Shown here piece by piece: positions 12,601-23,500 of a stretch of DNA of 64,000 bases. Within the stretch, counting starts at the first letter, position 1; each line of letters opens with the position of its first letter. The notes under the pieces are model-generated. The model saw nothing but the letters and a program-made list of their open reading frames with translations. It searched no databases and was not told the DNA's origin. The position numbers and the translations under genes are program-made. The DNA is from Azolla caroliniana (Eukaryota; Plantae; Polypodiophyta). The DNA is taken from contig JBHGNT010000005.1 of assembly GCA_043228905.1 (NCBI GenBank), positions 11,904,001 to 11,968,000 of the forward strand, in the 5' to 3' direction.

Positions 12601-15157
12601 GCCGCTCATTCGGTCCACTTAACCAAAACGATTCCGGACTCACATCTAGAGTCTCGAACCCTTCGTCTTCGGACTGGAGCAATTCAGGCTCACTAGCCTC
12701 ATCCTCTGGTATCGAGTCGGGATCGAAAGTCGGAGCCGGTAAGACATACCATGATGCCGTCTCATCAAACTCAACATCCCGGCTAACTCAGACCTACTTC
12801 GTCCGGGGGTTATAACACTTATACCTCATTTGCTCATGCGAGTAACCGACCAGGATGCATTTCTCCGACTTTGCATCCAACTTCCTCTGCTTCTCATCCG
12901 GCACATGCACATATGCAATGCTACCAAATATCCGAAGGTGTCTCAAATTCGGCTTGCGCCCGAAATACTGCTCGTGTGCTGACACCTTGTCACCGATCCG
13001 GTTTTGGATGTAGACGGCCGTCTGGACCGCCTCAGCCCAATAAAATTTGGGCATGCTCTTCTCCTCCAACATCGCCCTTGCCGCGTCGATAAGCGGCCGG
13101 TTCTTCCTCTCGGCCACACCGTTTTGCTTCGGTGTGTATCTGCGGCTGAACTCTCTCCGAATTCCTTCTTGCTACAGATAACTGTTGAATTGACTGGAAA
13201 AAAATTCTTTTCCGCCATCTGACCGCAAGCACTTGATCTTCCTCTCCGTTTCCCGTTCAACCAGGCTTTGCAGGTTCCAGAAACACTCAAAGACTTCGCT
13301 CTTCCACTCAATGAGGTAGATCCATGTGTGCCGGTTGTAGTCGTCAATGAAGGAGACGAAGTATCGACTCCCGCCAAGACTAACGTTCTATGCCGGTCCC
13401 CATACGTCCGAATGAATAAGGTCGAGCTTGTTACGGCCCTAGTTTCGTACGGTGGGGAATGGAAGCCGGTGTTGCTTCCCGAGTTCGTAGGCTTCACAAA
13501 TTTCGGCCTTCCGGCCGCTAAATTTCGGCAAACCGAAAACGACTTGTTTCGATTGTGGGTCTTGAAGCCTCCGATAATTGACGTGGCCGATCCGCTTGTG
13601 CCAGAGATCGATGTCTGATTCAATCTTTTGTCCTTTGGCGAACAAAGTGGTGCCAACGTGCTTGGTGTCGAGGATGAACATCCTCCCGTCTCTGCGCCCT
13701 TGCGCAATTATTTGGCCCTCTTCCTCGATGAAGCACCCGAGGTGCGTAAACCGCACCTGCATCCCCTAGTCGACAATCTGTCCAACCGACACCAGGTTCT
13801 TCGTGATAGTCAGAACGTGTAAATTATACGTTCATCAGCTTCCCCCTCTGTCAGACGTGGCTCAAAGGGACTTCTCCGACATGCACAATTGGGTGAGGAG
13901 TGTCGTCTCCGGTTTCGACGACTCCCGGTTGTTCTGGTTTCTCCAAGAAAGAGAACCACTCTCTGTGGCTCGTCATGTGATTCGACACACCGAAATCAAC
14001 ATACCACACTTCCTCCGATTTGGAAGTGGTCTTCTTCATCGAGTTAGCCTCGTGTTTCATCACCAAGGCTGGCCCTTTACTGGCTTTTCCGGTTTTGGAT
14101 CCTCTCGATCCTTCTACGTAGTGCGAGTATTGCCAATTCTCTCTACGGGCCTTGTCGGATCCGGATCTGTCCGAATCGGCACGCTTCTTCTAGCACCCGC
14201 TTTCTCTGTGGCCCTTTTTACCACAATACCAACATTCCGTGTCAGCTTTTGCTTGCCAGCCTCCGGCGCCGCCTTGACTCCCCCTGCTTGTGGAGGGTCC
14301 AGAATTGTTGTCAGCACGTTCTCTGTGCCTTCGGTCCTGCTCTTGCCGGCTGCTACCATTGCAAGCCGACCCGCCTCGTCCACCACGCCCACGGGGCCGA
14401 TTCGCCTCCATGTACAGCATCCGACTATCGGTGGGTGCACTTGTTGACGCACTGGCATGGTTCTGCTCTACAAGGAGCATCGATTGTAAGTCGAAAAATG
14501 ACGGTGTATTCTCCCTTATACATACAGCCATTCGGAATGCTCTGAATTCAGACGCTAGGCCCCCAAGACAGATGTGCACCATCTCATCTTCCTCTACAGT
14601 GACATTGATAGAGGCAAGTGAGTCACAGATCTCGGGCCGTGTAATCGGCTACCGACATGTCCTTCTGTTGAACATTGCTCAACTCTTGTCGGAGTTGCAG
14701 CTTCCAGGCCGTAGTGCTTGCCGCGAAAACCTTCTTCAGGTTTCCCCAAGCTTCTTTTGGCATCTTGGCATCTCAGACATGGCTCAGCAGCTGGTCTCCG
14801 ACATTAGACGCAAAGCAGTACATCACTCTGCTTGCCGCTTGTTCCCACAATGGGAAGTCCTTGTGTGCCGCATCAGGTGCTGTGTCGTTAGCTCTGTCGA
14901 CATAGCTCTAGTAACCATGCCCAAGCAGGTACTAGTGCATCTTGTATGACCAAGATGCGTAGTTGGATCTTTCGAGTTTCTCCACCGGGAGCGAACTAGC
15001 CATTCCTCTGTCCATCACTTCTCTTCCTGTTCTTACCGGGTCTTAGGGTTTGTCTTCAGATGCTGATGTCGGCTGCAGAGGTTCTCAACCCTCGCGCTGC
15101 TACCATGTAGAAACGAGGGTGCGGAAGCGTTAGACAAACCGGCTTAGCCGAATAGCA

Positions 15158-15211
<54 letters not shown>

Positions 15212-15567
15212 ATATGCGGGAGAGAAAGAGAAGGAGCAGAACATTAAAATTCTATTGCAAAACAATAATAGTTCTCTGTACATACAACGTGCTCAACAAC
15301 ACTATTTATATGAGTCCTAAGAGAACTGACAGAAGTACTGTGTACTTCAATCCTCACACGAGCGTCTGACACTAACTACAAGTCATTAACTACCTAGTAG
15401 TCTAGGCTACTACTAGGCTTCTGGTTACTGCTGGATCTGGCTAACCAGCTCCCCAGCTCACCGGCTTGCTTGCTCACCGGCTCACCAATCCGGCTCATCC
15501 TTCCAGATACTGATCCGGCTCAGGCTTATTCAGCCGATCCGGATCCGGTTGAGCTTGTCGCTCAACA
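9658..15567 (-). mobile_element. Ty1/copia LTR retrotransposon (full-length, decayed)
   Basis: LTRs 9658-10085 and 15106-15567 (TG...CA); degenerate Met-type PBS next to 15105; PPT 10086-10097; TSD TTCCG/TTTTG; domain order gag (CWYCGKKGH), PR (WYVDFGVSNHM), INT (AERKNR), RT ([12 protein letters not shown]), RNase H. Confidence 0.95.
10230..15015 (-). pseudogene. copia gag-pol with stops and frameshifts
   Basis: ORF fragments 14190-14582, 13851-14066, 13439-13762, 12794-13117, 11930-12202, 11640-11828, 11346-11609, 10230-11261. Confidence 0.9.
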
Positions 15568-16153
15568 TTTTGATATTGCACTCAGGGCATTGGGTGCTTT
15601 GGTTGAAGATGCGATAGACTCCTATAGGTCTCGATGCCAAGGTGAGGAGCCCAATTGTTTTTTGCAATCCACTAAATAATCATCCAACTGCCGCATGAAG
15701 ACATTGGGTGATTTGGTTGTACAACATATCTCTAGCGCCACACACGACCATTGCATCATCAACAACGAGCGGTTCCAGGTATTGCATATCCCAACCCAAC
15801 CTAATGGGACGGATTGTGGGTATTACATGATGCAAACCATTCGAATGTTGGTCGAGGAGTTCATTCAAGGATTTGAGTCCAATCAATTTGTAAGTATTTA
15901 TGAGAATTGAATTTGATCATTTCTTTTTGTAAGGGCTTAGGTTGATGGTATCTTGTGGTGTAGGGTAAGGAGCAATGGTTTGGATTTGAAGACGTGGAGT
16001 TCCTTCGGAAAATCATGGCAAAATGGACACGAAGGACTCTAGGCATAGGGTTATTTTAATCACTAGTATCTTGTACTTTGTAACATCAAACATATGATCT
16101 CGATTTACTATCTCATGTGGATTGCCAACTTTTTTGTAATATCTAGTAAATAG

Positions 16154-16700
16154 TTGAATCTCATTTTGGTTGTATATGACTCAATTTGATGTACATTCTG
16201 GTTGTGAGTCTTATTATTTGAATCTCATTTTGGTTGTATATGACTCAATTTGATGTATATTCTGGTTGTGAGTCTTATTATTTGAATCTCATTTTGGTTG
16301 TATATGACTCAATTTGATGTACATTCTGGTTGTGAGTCTTATTATTTGAATCTCATTTTGGTTGTATATGACTCAATTTGATGTATATTCTGGTTGTGAG
16401 TCTTATTATTTGAATCTCATTTTGGTTGTATATGACTCAATTTGATGTACATTCTGGTTGTGAGTCTTATTATTTGAATCTCATTTTGGTTGTATATGAC
16501 TCAATTTGATGTACATTCTGGTTGTGAGTCTTATTATTTGAATCTCATTCTGGTTGTATATGACTCAATTTGATGTACATTCTGGTTGTGAGTCTTATTA
16601 TTTGAATCTCATTCTGGTTGTATATGACTCAATTTTATGTACATTCTGGTTGTGAGTATTATTATTTGAATCTCATTCTGGTTGTATATGACTCAATTTG
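16154..16700. repeat. 64-bp tandem array, ~8.5 copies
   Basis: Unit TTGAATCTCATTTTGGTTGTATATGACTCAATTTGATGTACATTCTGGTTGTGAGTCTTATTAT starting at 16154, 16218, 16282 ... 16666; near-identical copies. Confidence 0.97.
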
Positions 16701-16747
16701 AATCTCATTCTAAATAGCGTGTGACTCAATGTGAATCTTATTCAAAA

Positions 16748-16872
16748 GCAATGTACAATAATGCAATACTAGTCAATAATGGAGATTGCCGACAAAGGAA
16801 TGTACAACAATGCAATACTAGACAATGCAATAATAGTCAATAATAGAGAAGGGAGACAAAGCAATGTACAAA
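16748..16872. repeat. Short imperfect repeats (AATGTACAA-x-AATGCAATACTAG) upstream of the transposase
   Basis: Two fuller copies and one partial copy visible. Confidence 0.6.
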
Positions 16873-17306
16873 TTTTTTGGGTGTAGGGAGCCCAACTAAT
16901 TAATGAGGAGCCTGACTCGTTATAAAAGAGGGAGCCCGACTCATTAATAGTCAATTGCCCAACTACGTGTAATGATGGCGTTTCAACGATCATACTAACA
17001 ACTATAGCAAATTGATTCATCAAATTCAGTAGCATGCACTAAGAGGTAGACTCATTCACTAAGGATTGAACTCATTCCCTTCCTTAACAGTCTATTAATC
17101 ACTCGCACTCATTTCATTCACCCTCATTCTTGATCGTTCACTAGTAGCCCTAAACATTCTCGAACTAAATCATTGAAGAAGAGCTGAAATAATCCACTCC
17201 ATTCATGTGAATTATTTGAATTCATTCACTTCATTCATTCGCATAATCTCTCACATTCACTTAATTCACCTCAATCACTGGCATTCTCGATCATATTGTA
17301 TTTGCT

Positions 17307-19699
17307 ATGGAGAGCACAAGGCATCATGGTGTCTTCGCCATGTCGAAAGATGAATCGGAGGATATGTCATGGTCATCCAATGCATCGTTTGTATCTGAGG
17401 ATGAAATGGAGATTCCTTTTGAGTCATCAGATTCCGAGGTATTTTGCATTTTCAAGAGGTACGTATAATTTGATGGTTAAAGATTTATTGGGACAAGTTA
17501 AGGTAACATTGGAAGCATTACGTGATGTCGCAAGGGGAGCACCTCTTTCACTTCATGCATGGAGGCGCATGAAGAATCGTCTCATACTCGAGAATGAGAG
17601 TGAAATTTATCTTAAAGCATCACCTAATCTTCAAGTATTATACGTTGAGAAATGGAGGGAAGTAGTATTAGCGTCACATGGTGACACATCCTATCACACA
17701 TTTTCAAAGACTCTTAAAGAGTTAAAGCTAGTTTATGCGACTGATATACGTGATTATGGCATCCCACCAGAGTACGTAAAAGCACTCATTACAAGTTGTG
17801 GTTGCCAAATGGTATCGAAGGTCAACCTGATAGAAGGTTTGGGATCAAGCATGGCCAAATATAACAAGACCCTACCCATAGAAGTGATCAAGGTAGAAAC
17901 CCACCAATTAGATTATGTGCTCACAGATTTCCAAACCAAGTACCACACACGTTTAAGGAAAGGAGTCAAGAAGGGTATGCGTGTGACTAGGTATAGTTGT
18001 CATCGTGCTGGGACATCTCGACTTGCATCTAATTCCACTCAATGACGCAGGTGCACACCCCGATGTGGGTGCACATTCCATGTGGACGTTAGAATGAATG
18101 ACGGTGTTGACAATGAGACACTTACCATTTCAATATATGGACCTCATAGTGGTCATGTACCATGTAGTAGGTCGGATGTGTACCATTTGCTAGTACACCC
18201 CAATGTCATAAGTTGTTGCAAAGATGACCTATTTGATGTTGGGTGTGCAAGGCATGTGGTACGAATGAGCATGCGTAAGGAAGCATGTCATAAGTCCAAG
18301 GCTAGTCCATTAGAGCTTGTTAGTTATCGGTTCTTTATGATACCAAAGGAGGTCCATAACATGGCAAATAGGTTTAAATTCGGGAGTGCCATGACTAAGG
18401 TTGATTGGGATTTGATGATGCAAGATGCCTATGCACTTCGAGATCTTGGGAAAGTGGCTCATGTTCAACCCTACCTGCTTGGTGAACTAGGATCTCCCGC
18501 CAAACAACCATTTATCTTGATACTTCAAGATCAATGGATGTTGGAAATGTGTGAGCGGTTGACCCTAAACAACTCTTGGGAAATTGACTCGACATTTAAA
18601 ACAAACCAATTCGGGCTACCATTATATGCAGCAGTTGCCCCCAATGCCATGGGAATTTGGGATCCCGTTGTGGTACATGCTTTGTAGTTCTGATAAGGGG
18701 TCAAACCATGAGCAAGTCGCATTAGAAACTTGTTTGAGAGTCATATTCACAAGGATGCCCACGGACCTTCTACATGTCTTAATTGGGGACAATGAAACTG
18801 ACACTTGCATAGGAGGAATAGTAATAGAGTGGTACAAGCAACAACAAGAAATATGTGAGAGTGGTCGGTTTGCACCCCGTGCGAATTGTAGGGATCAAAG
18901 ATCCCAACTTAAAGAAGCGGAGAGAATATTGGAAAGGTATGTCGACGATACTTCCACAATGGAAATTGTTGACGAGGCCCGATATTGGTTTAGAATCTTG
19001 AGCATGACGACTCCCACTCTATGGTATAATGTCTCACTCCAATGTTCATATTGTGATTGCCAAGACATTGTGAGTAAATGTAAGCATTTACTCGGTATTC
19101 AAATGATTATTGAGAGGCATATGCCACATTTATGTGGCTCATTGCCTTTTATAGATCACGCGACCCAAATGCGAATGGACCATAATACAGAAATAGAAGT
19201 GGAGGCAAAGGTAGAACGAGTCGAGGAGACAAACCCCACAACATCCGAGATTGAATCATTCAAGTCCAAAATACAAACGGTCGTGAAAGCACTTCAATGT
19301 CTCGAGCAAGGGTTAGGAACCTTCGACCGTGCAACTATTGTCGAAGGTATACAAACATTGGAAGATGTGGCTGAGAAGGTGTATCGCGTTGGTGCACGAA
19401 AATCAACCAATGAAGAAGATGGCAGATCAATAAGTCGCAACCAACAAATCGGTGTCAAAAGAAGTGCAACAATAAACATCTCGCAAGAACTTATTGGTAG
19501 CTCCCCAAACACTTCCAAATCCCACTCCAGAAAACTACAAAGAGGTGCAAGTCAGGCTAGGAGGCGATTGCCAATAGGTGACCATGAGAAGGTTCGGTGT
19601 TTGCGTTGTGATGGCTTGACCTTGACTTCAAGGGGCTCGAATGTTACATGTTGTAAAAATTGTGGTTGCATCTTGCAATCATCCCAACATGAGCCATAA
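17307..19699 (+). pseudogene. MULE (MuDR-like) transposase, decayed and internally deleted
   Basis: N-terminal YSCHRAG...CTPRCGC...GPHSGH (WRKY/GCM1-like Zn finger); DSTFKTNQFGLPLY...GIPLWYML (first DDE Asp region); SWIM CDC...CKH; C-terminal CxxC-x13-CxxC; TGA at 18043-18045; frameshift near 18655; remaining catalytic core appears deleted after RMP. Confidence 0.85.
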
Positions 19700-19894
19700 T
19701 CTTAATATGTAATGTGTATATTCATATTTCATTTTAGGGTTGTCAACATTTGACGTTTTAACATTTTATGTAAGACTTGTTATTTGAATCTTTAAGCTTT
19801 TTTAAGAAATTTTATGATCATTTTCATGGCAAAAATTTGTTGTACACTTACCATTTTTTGGAGTTTTTGATGTTTGTTTTTAAGTCAAGCTCCT

Positions 19895-20100
19895 TCCCTG
19901 AGTCGGTCGGGCTCCTGATGACAAAGGTTGTCAAACAACGGGGCTCCTTTTGACAGAGTCGGGCTCCTTCTTGCTGATGCTATTAGACAACGGGGCTTCT
20001 TCTGACAGAGTCGGGCTCCTTTACATAGAGTTGGGCTCCTTTTCACAGAGGATGTCAGAGAGTCGGGCTCCTTTACATAGAGTCGGACTCCTTTTCTCAG
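19895..20100 (-). repeat. Right subterminal array of AGAGTCGGGCTCCTT motifs
   Basis: About 8 exact or near-exact copies; reverse complement GGAGCCCGACT also at ~5538 and 16887-16942. Confidence 0.8.
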
Positions 20101-20109
20101 AGGTTGTCA

Positions 20110-20230
20110 GCTTTTTATCCATCTTGGACAGTGGAGATCGAACACGCCATCAGCGGTGCGACCTGCACCGTCCCTCTCCGCGATTCCCTCACTTGCCCTC
20201 TTAAATATTTGGTAGTAGTTAGTCACGAGC
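20110..20230 (-). repeat. Right terminal inverted repeat of the MULE
   Basis: Inverted match to 5378-5500. Confidence 0.8.
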
Positions 20231-20543
20231 ATGCGGACATGGACATGGAATGAATGGGAGGAGTCTCGACTCTCCACTTACACAAGGAGAGACAAAGAGA
20301 AATTGCACACAATGAATGAATGCATTGTAATTAATTTGTGTGTATGGATATGTCTAATATATATGTATATGTATATATTATGTAGATACATATGTACATA
20401 CTGATACAATACACAACAATAGTGAGTACATATGTACATATGTAAAGTAGAGGGCTCCGACTGACTTGATTGCTCTCTATGTGTGTGGGTGAAGGTCTCC
20501 GGAGGCGAGGCAGGGCAGGGCAGGGCAGGGGAGGAGATGACGC

Positions 20544-23500
20544 ATGGCGCTATGCGGGGCAATAATGTTGGGTAGAGTTTGCTTCTCTTCATCGCCATCG
20601 CCATCGCCATCGCCATCGCCATCGCCATCGCCATCCGTATCATCTGAAGGTGGAATAAGCATGGCCTCTTCTTCCCCCCGCATCTTCAAAGTTGCAGCAG
20701 CTCAGCTCACTTCTACCAACGATCTCCATTCAAATTTCCTCACCTGCTCTCGCCTCGTTCAGGTCATTTCTTTGTCTCTTTCAAATCTCTCCTTTTGCCG
20801 ATCTCTCTCTCTCTCTACGTAATTCTGTTACTCCATTCATTCAGAAAGCTTTCATGTGAACTGAGGTTTGATTTTTTTGCATTTGTTTTGTTATGTTCCA
20901 CACATCAAATCTGGTCTACCTGTTGCTGTGTCTGGAAAAAAACTGAGAAAACTGAGAGTTACAGAAGATGTAGAATCACCAAACATGCGAAGTTTAACTC
21001 ATATATGTTTTAACTTCTTTATATGTTTTTTACATCTGATATGACCCGTGAAACGCATGATTAAGAGAGATGTACACAAGATGTAGAATCCCAAATTGTT
21101 TTGAATCATATTATGTTGAAGGTAGTATTGATTTGGCAATTTTGTTCATTGGAGTAAACTGTTCTTTCTGTCTATTGGGCACATCTCACTACCCACATAG
21201 CAGTGACACTAAATTGGTTGTGCCAATGTCGCGTTTTTCATAGGCAATTAATATAAATGTGTGTTTGGAGGTCAAATATGACTAATGAGACCAAAAACAT
21301 AAGGTTTTCAAGTAATACATGTGGAAATAAGTAGCGACTCTCCATGTGCAAGAACGTTACTAATGAGTGTTGTGATTCAGAATGCCTCGGTTATTATAGG
21401 TGTTGCTCCCATCTCTGCCCGGATTATATCGTGGGGCACCGATGCTTTGCTCCTTATCACACGAGCAATCATTGACACTAAAGGTCTCTCTAAATCTTTC
21501 CAATGATTTGCCTTGTTAAGACTTGGTCCCCATGTTTCTACTCCATAGAGAAGAGTTGGTGTGACAAGTGTATCAAATAACCATAGCTTAGTCCATGGCT
21601 CTTGGAACTGCAGATGTGCACATTGTCTCTCGAGAGCACCAAGGACTGCATATCCATGAGAAAGTCGGGCACAAGCAGCCTCCTGTAAGGAGAACCTAGG
21701 TCCTGTAAATGTTACTCCTAGGTATATGTAGGAGCGTGTGTATGCCACCTTTTCCTCTCCCAAGAAGAATTCTGGTTCTGATCTTGTTACCCATGCTTGA
21801 ATGGTGTTAAACACCATCACTTTAGTTTTGTCCATGTTGATTGACAAACCTTTGTCTGTACAAAATAGTTTTAAGGCACTTAGATGTCTTTGTAGTGTGA
21901 GAAATGCTGTTAATAGCAGCAACGGAAGAGTTAGAACAAAATAGACACAGCCAAGCTGTGAGAAGGCTGTTAGACAGCAGTAGAAAAAATGACAGCAGTA
22001 GAAAAAATGGTTGCAAAGAGTAGAGAGACACAGCCAAAGAGTTGTGCTTGTTTGTAAGTAGCAGTAGAAAATAATCTTATTACAAAAGAGGCTGGTATAA
22101 GCCTACTTATACAAAATTGGGAATGGTTTTTTGGTAATTAAGAGACTCTTGTACTACCAAACAGGTACAATAAACTAGGAATAAAAAGGGAATATCTTCG
22201 AAAAACTGGAAGAGACAAAAGGCATTTAAAGCATTGCAGATTCTAGAGAGAGAAGGCATTTAAAGAGTTGCAGATTCTAGAGAGAGAAGAATCTGGAAGG
22301 GAGAGAATGTAGTACAGCGATAATAAAGATGAAAGAGAGTGCAGGTCTGGAGCTGCCACCCTCCAACACCTCCTCTCAGCTCTAAAACGGCCGTCAAACA
22401 TTGAGTCGACCGAGGAGCTGATTAATGGCATGCCTTGGAGGCGGGAAAAAAATACATACAGATTGTGATTGTTGTCAGCAGAACAGTTCTGAAACCCAAG
22501 AGAGAGAAAGAAGGTGTCAATTTTGTCATGCCAAGCTTTGGGAACTTGCTTTAAGCCATACAAGGCTTTGTGGAACCTGTAGACCATGTTTTTCTGCTCC
22601 GAAATCTCAAAACCTAGAGGCTGTTCAACATCAAACTCCTCTTTCAAGTCACAATTAAGGTAGGCTGACTTGACATTCATTTGAAAGATGGGCCATTTGT
22701 TGTGAGAAGCAAGTGCAAGCGCACATCGAATAGAGGTCTACCTTGCTGTTGGAGCAAAAGTTTCCTCGTAATCCACTCCTTTGACTTGTGAGTAGCCTTT
22801 TGCAACTAAACGTGCCTTGTGCTTATCCAAAGTACCATCAGCATGGTACTTGGTCTTGAAAATCCATTTCAGTCCAATGACTTGTCGATGTTGAGGCCGT
22901 GGAACCAGCTCCCATGTATGATTCCGCTCAATGGAATCAAGTTCAACTTCCATTGCTGCTTTTCACTTTGGAAGAACAAGGGGCTCTTTTGCTGTTGTGG
23001 GTTCTTGTGATTGCACAACAATGCACAATTAGGCAAAGTTGCATGAGTGAGGAGGCTGTTGTGACTTACTTGTTCGAGAACCAGATGTATACTCATGAAG
23101 TTCAGCATTGGAGAGATGAGAATCACGAATGGTGGCTTGAAGCCACTTGGGAAGTGGTGGAAGTTGGTTTGTAGAGGGAGGGGAAACAAGTGGAGTTGAG
23201 GAAGAGGATTGAATTGCTGGCGAAGTTAGAGATTGAGTAGGAGGAGATGGGGGGCTTGAAGATGAGACATCTTCGTCTAAATAGGAGATTCCGGAGGAGC
23301 TAGGATTTCAACCATGAACTCAGGTGAAATCTTAGAGTCATCCGGCTGAGACTCCACAAAATGAACATCCCTAGAGATGACTAGGGACTTTGACTCTAAA
23401 TCCCATAACCTGTATGCCTTAGATTGTGTGTTGTAACCAAGAAATTTGCATTTCTTGGTTTTGGACTCAAATTTCGTCCTTTTATGATCTGAAATGTGAA

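Larger units (their letters stand above)
8103..15900 (+). pseudogene. Spliced MULE cargo gene: C2H2-like Zn finger region plus Ulp1-family (peptidase C48) SUMO protease, disrupted by copia
   Basis: CRTC...C...HLQKAH in ORF 8295-8963; removing the copia (9658-15567) and one TSD joins YFFIP|ILHSGHWVLW; downstream PTQPNGTDCGYYMM matches the Ulp1 QxNxxDCG catalytic motif; stops and frameshifts present; whether the two parts form one gene is inferred. Confidence 0.7.
5378..20230 (+). mobile_element. Mutator-like (MULE) DNA transposon with cargo genes, ~14.85 kb including a nested copia
   Basis: Inverted termini: 5382-5495 (GTGTCTAACTACCACCAAATATTTATAAGGGCAAGTGAGGGAATCGCGGAGAGGGAC...) vs reverse complement of ~20113-20226; candidate TSD ACGCGGACAT (5368-5377) / ATGCGGACAT (20231-20240); MULE transposase inside. 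Confidence 0.8.

Noticed and set aside
12943-14949. Antisense and alternate-frame ORFs over copia pol
   Set aside because: Shadow ORFs of GC-rich gag-pol.
16154-16700. CRISPR-like array
   Set aside because: No unique spacers (whole units are identical), no cas genes, eukaryotic context.
18584-19699. Fanzor/TnpB nuclease suggested by the terminal zinc ribbon
   Set aside because: No RuvC motifs before it and no RDxNA-type Asp after it; the ORF has SWIM and MULE features.
5378-20230. Zisupton/KDZ assignment (SWIM + Ulp1)
   Set aside because: The transposase has the MULE DxTFKTN..LPL motif, long TIRs and a ~10-bp TSD, and Ulp1 lies in a separate upstream gene.
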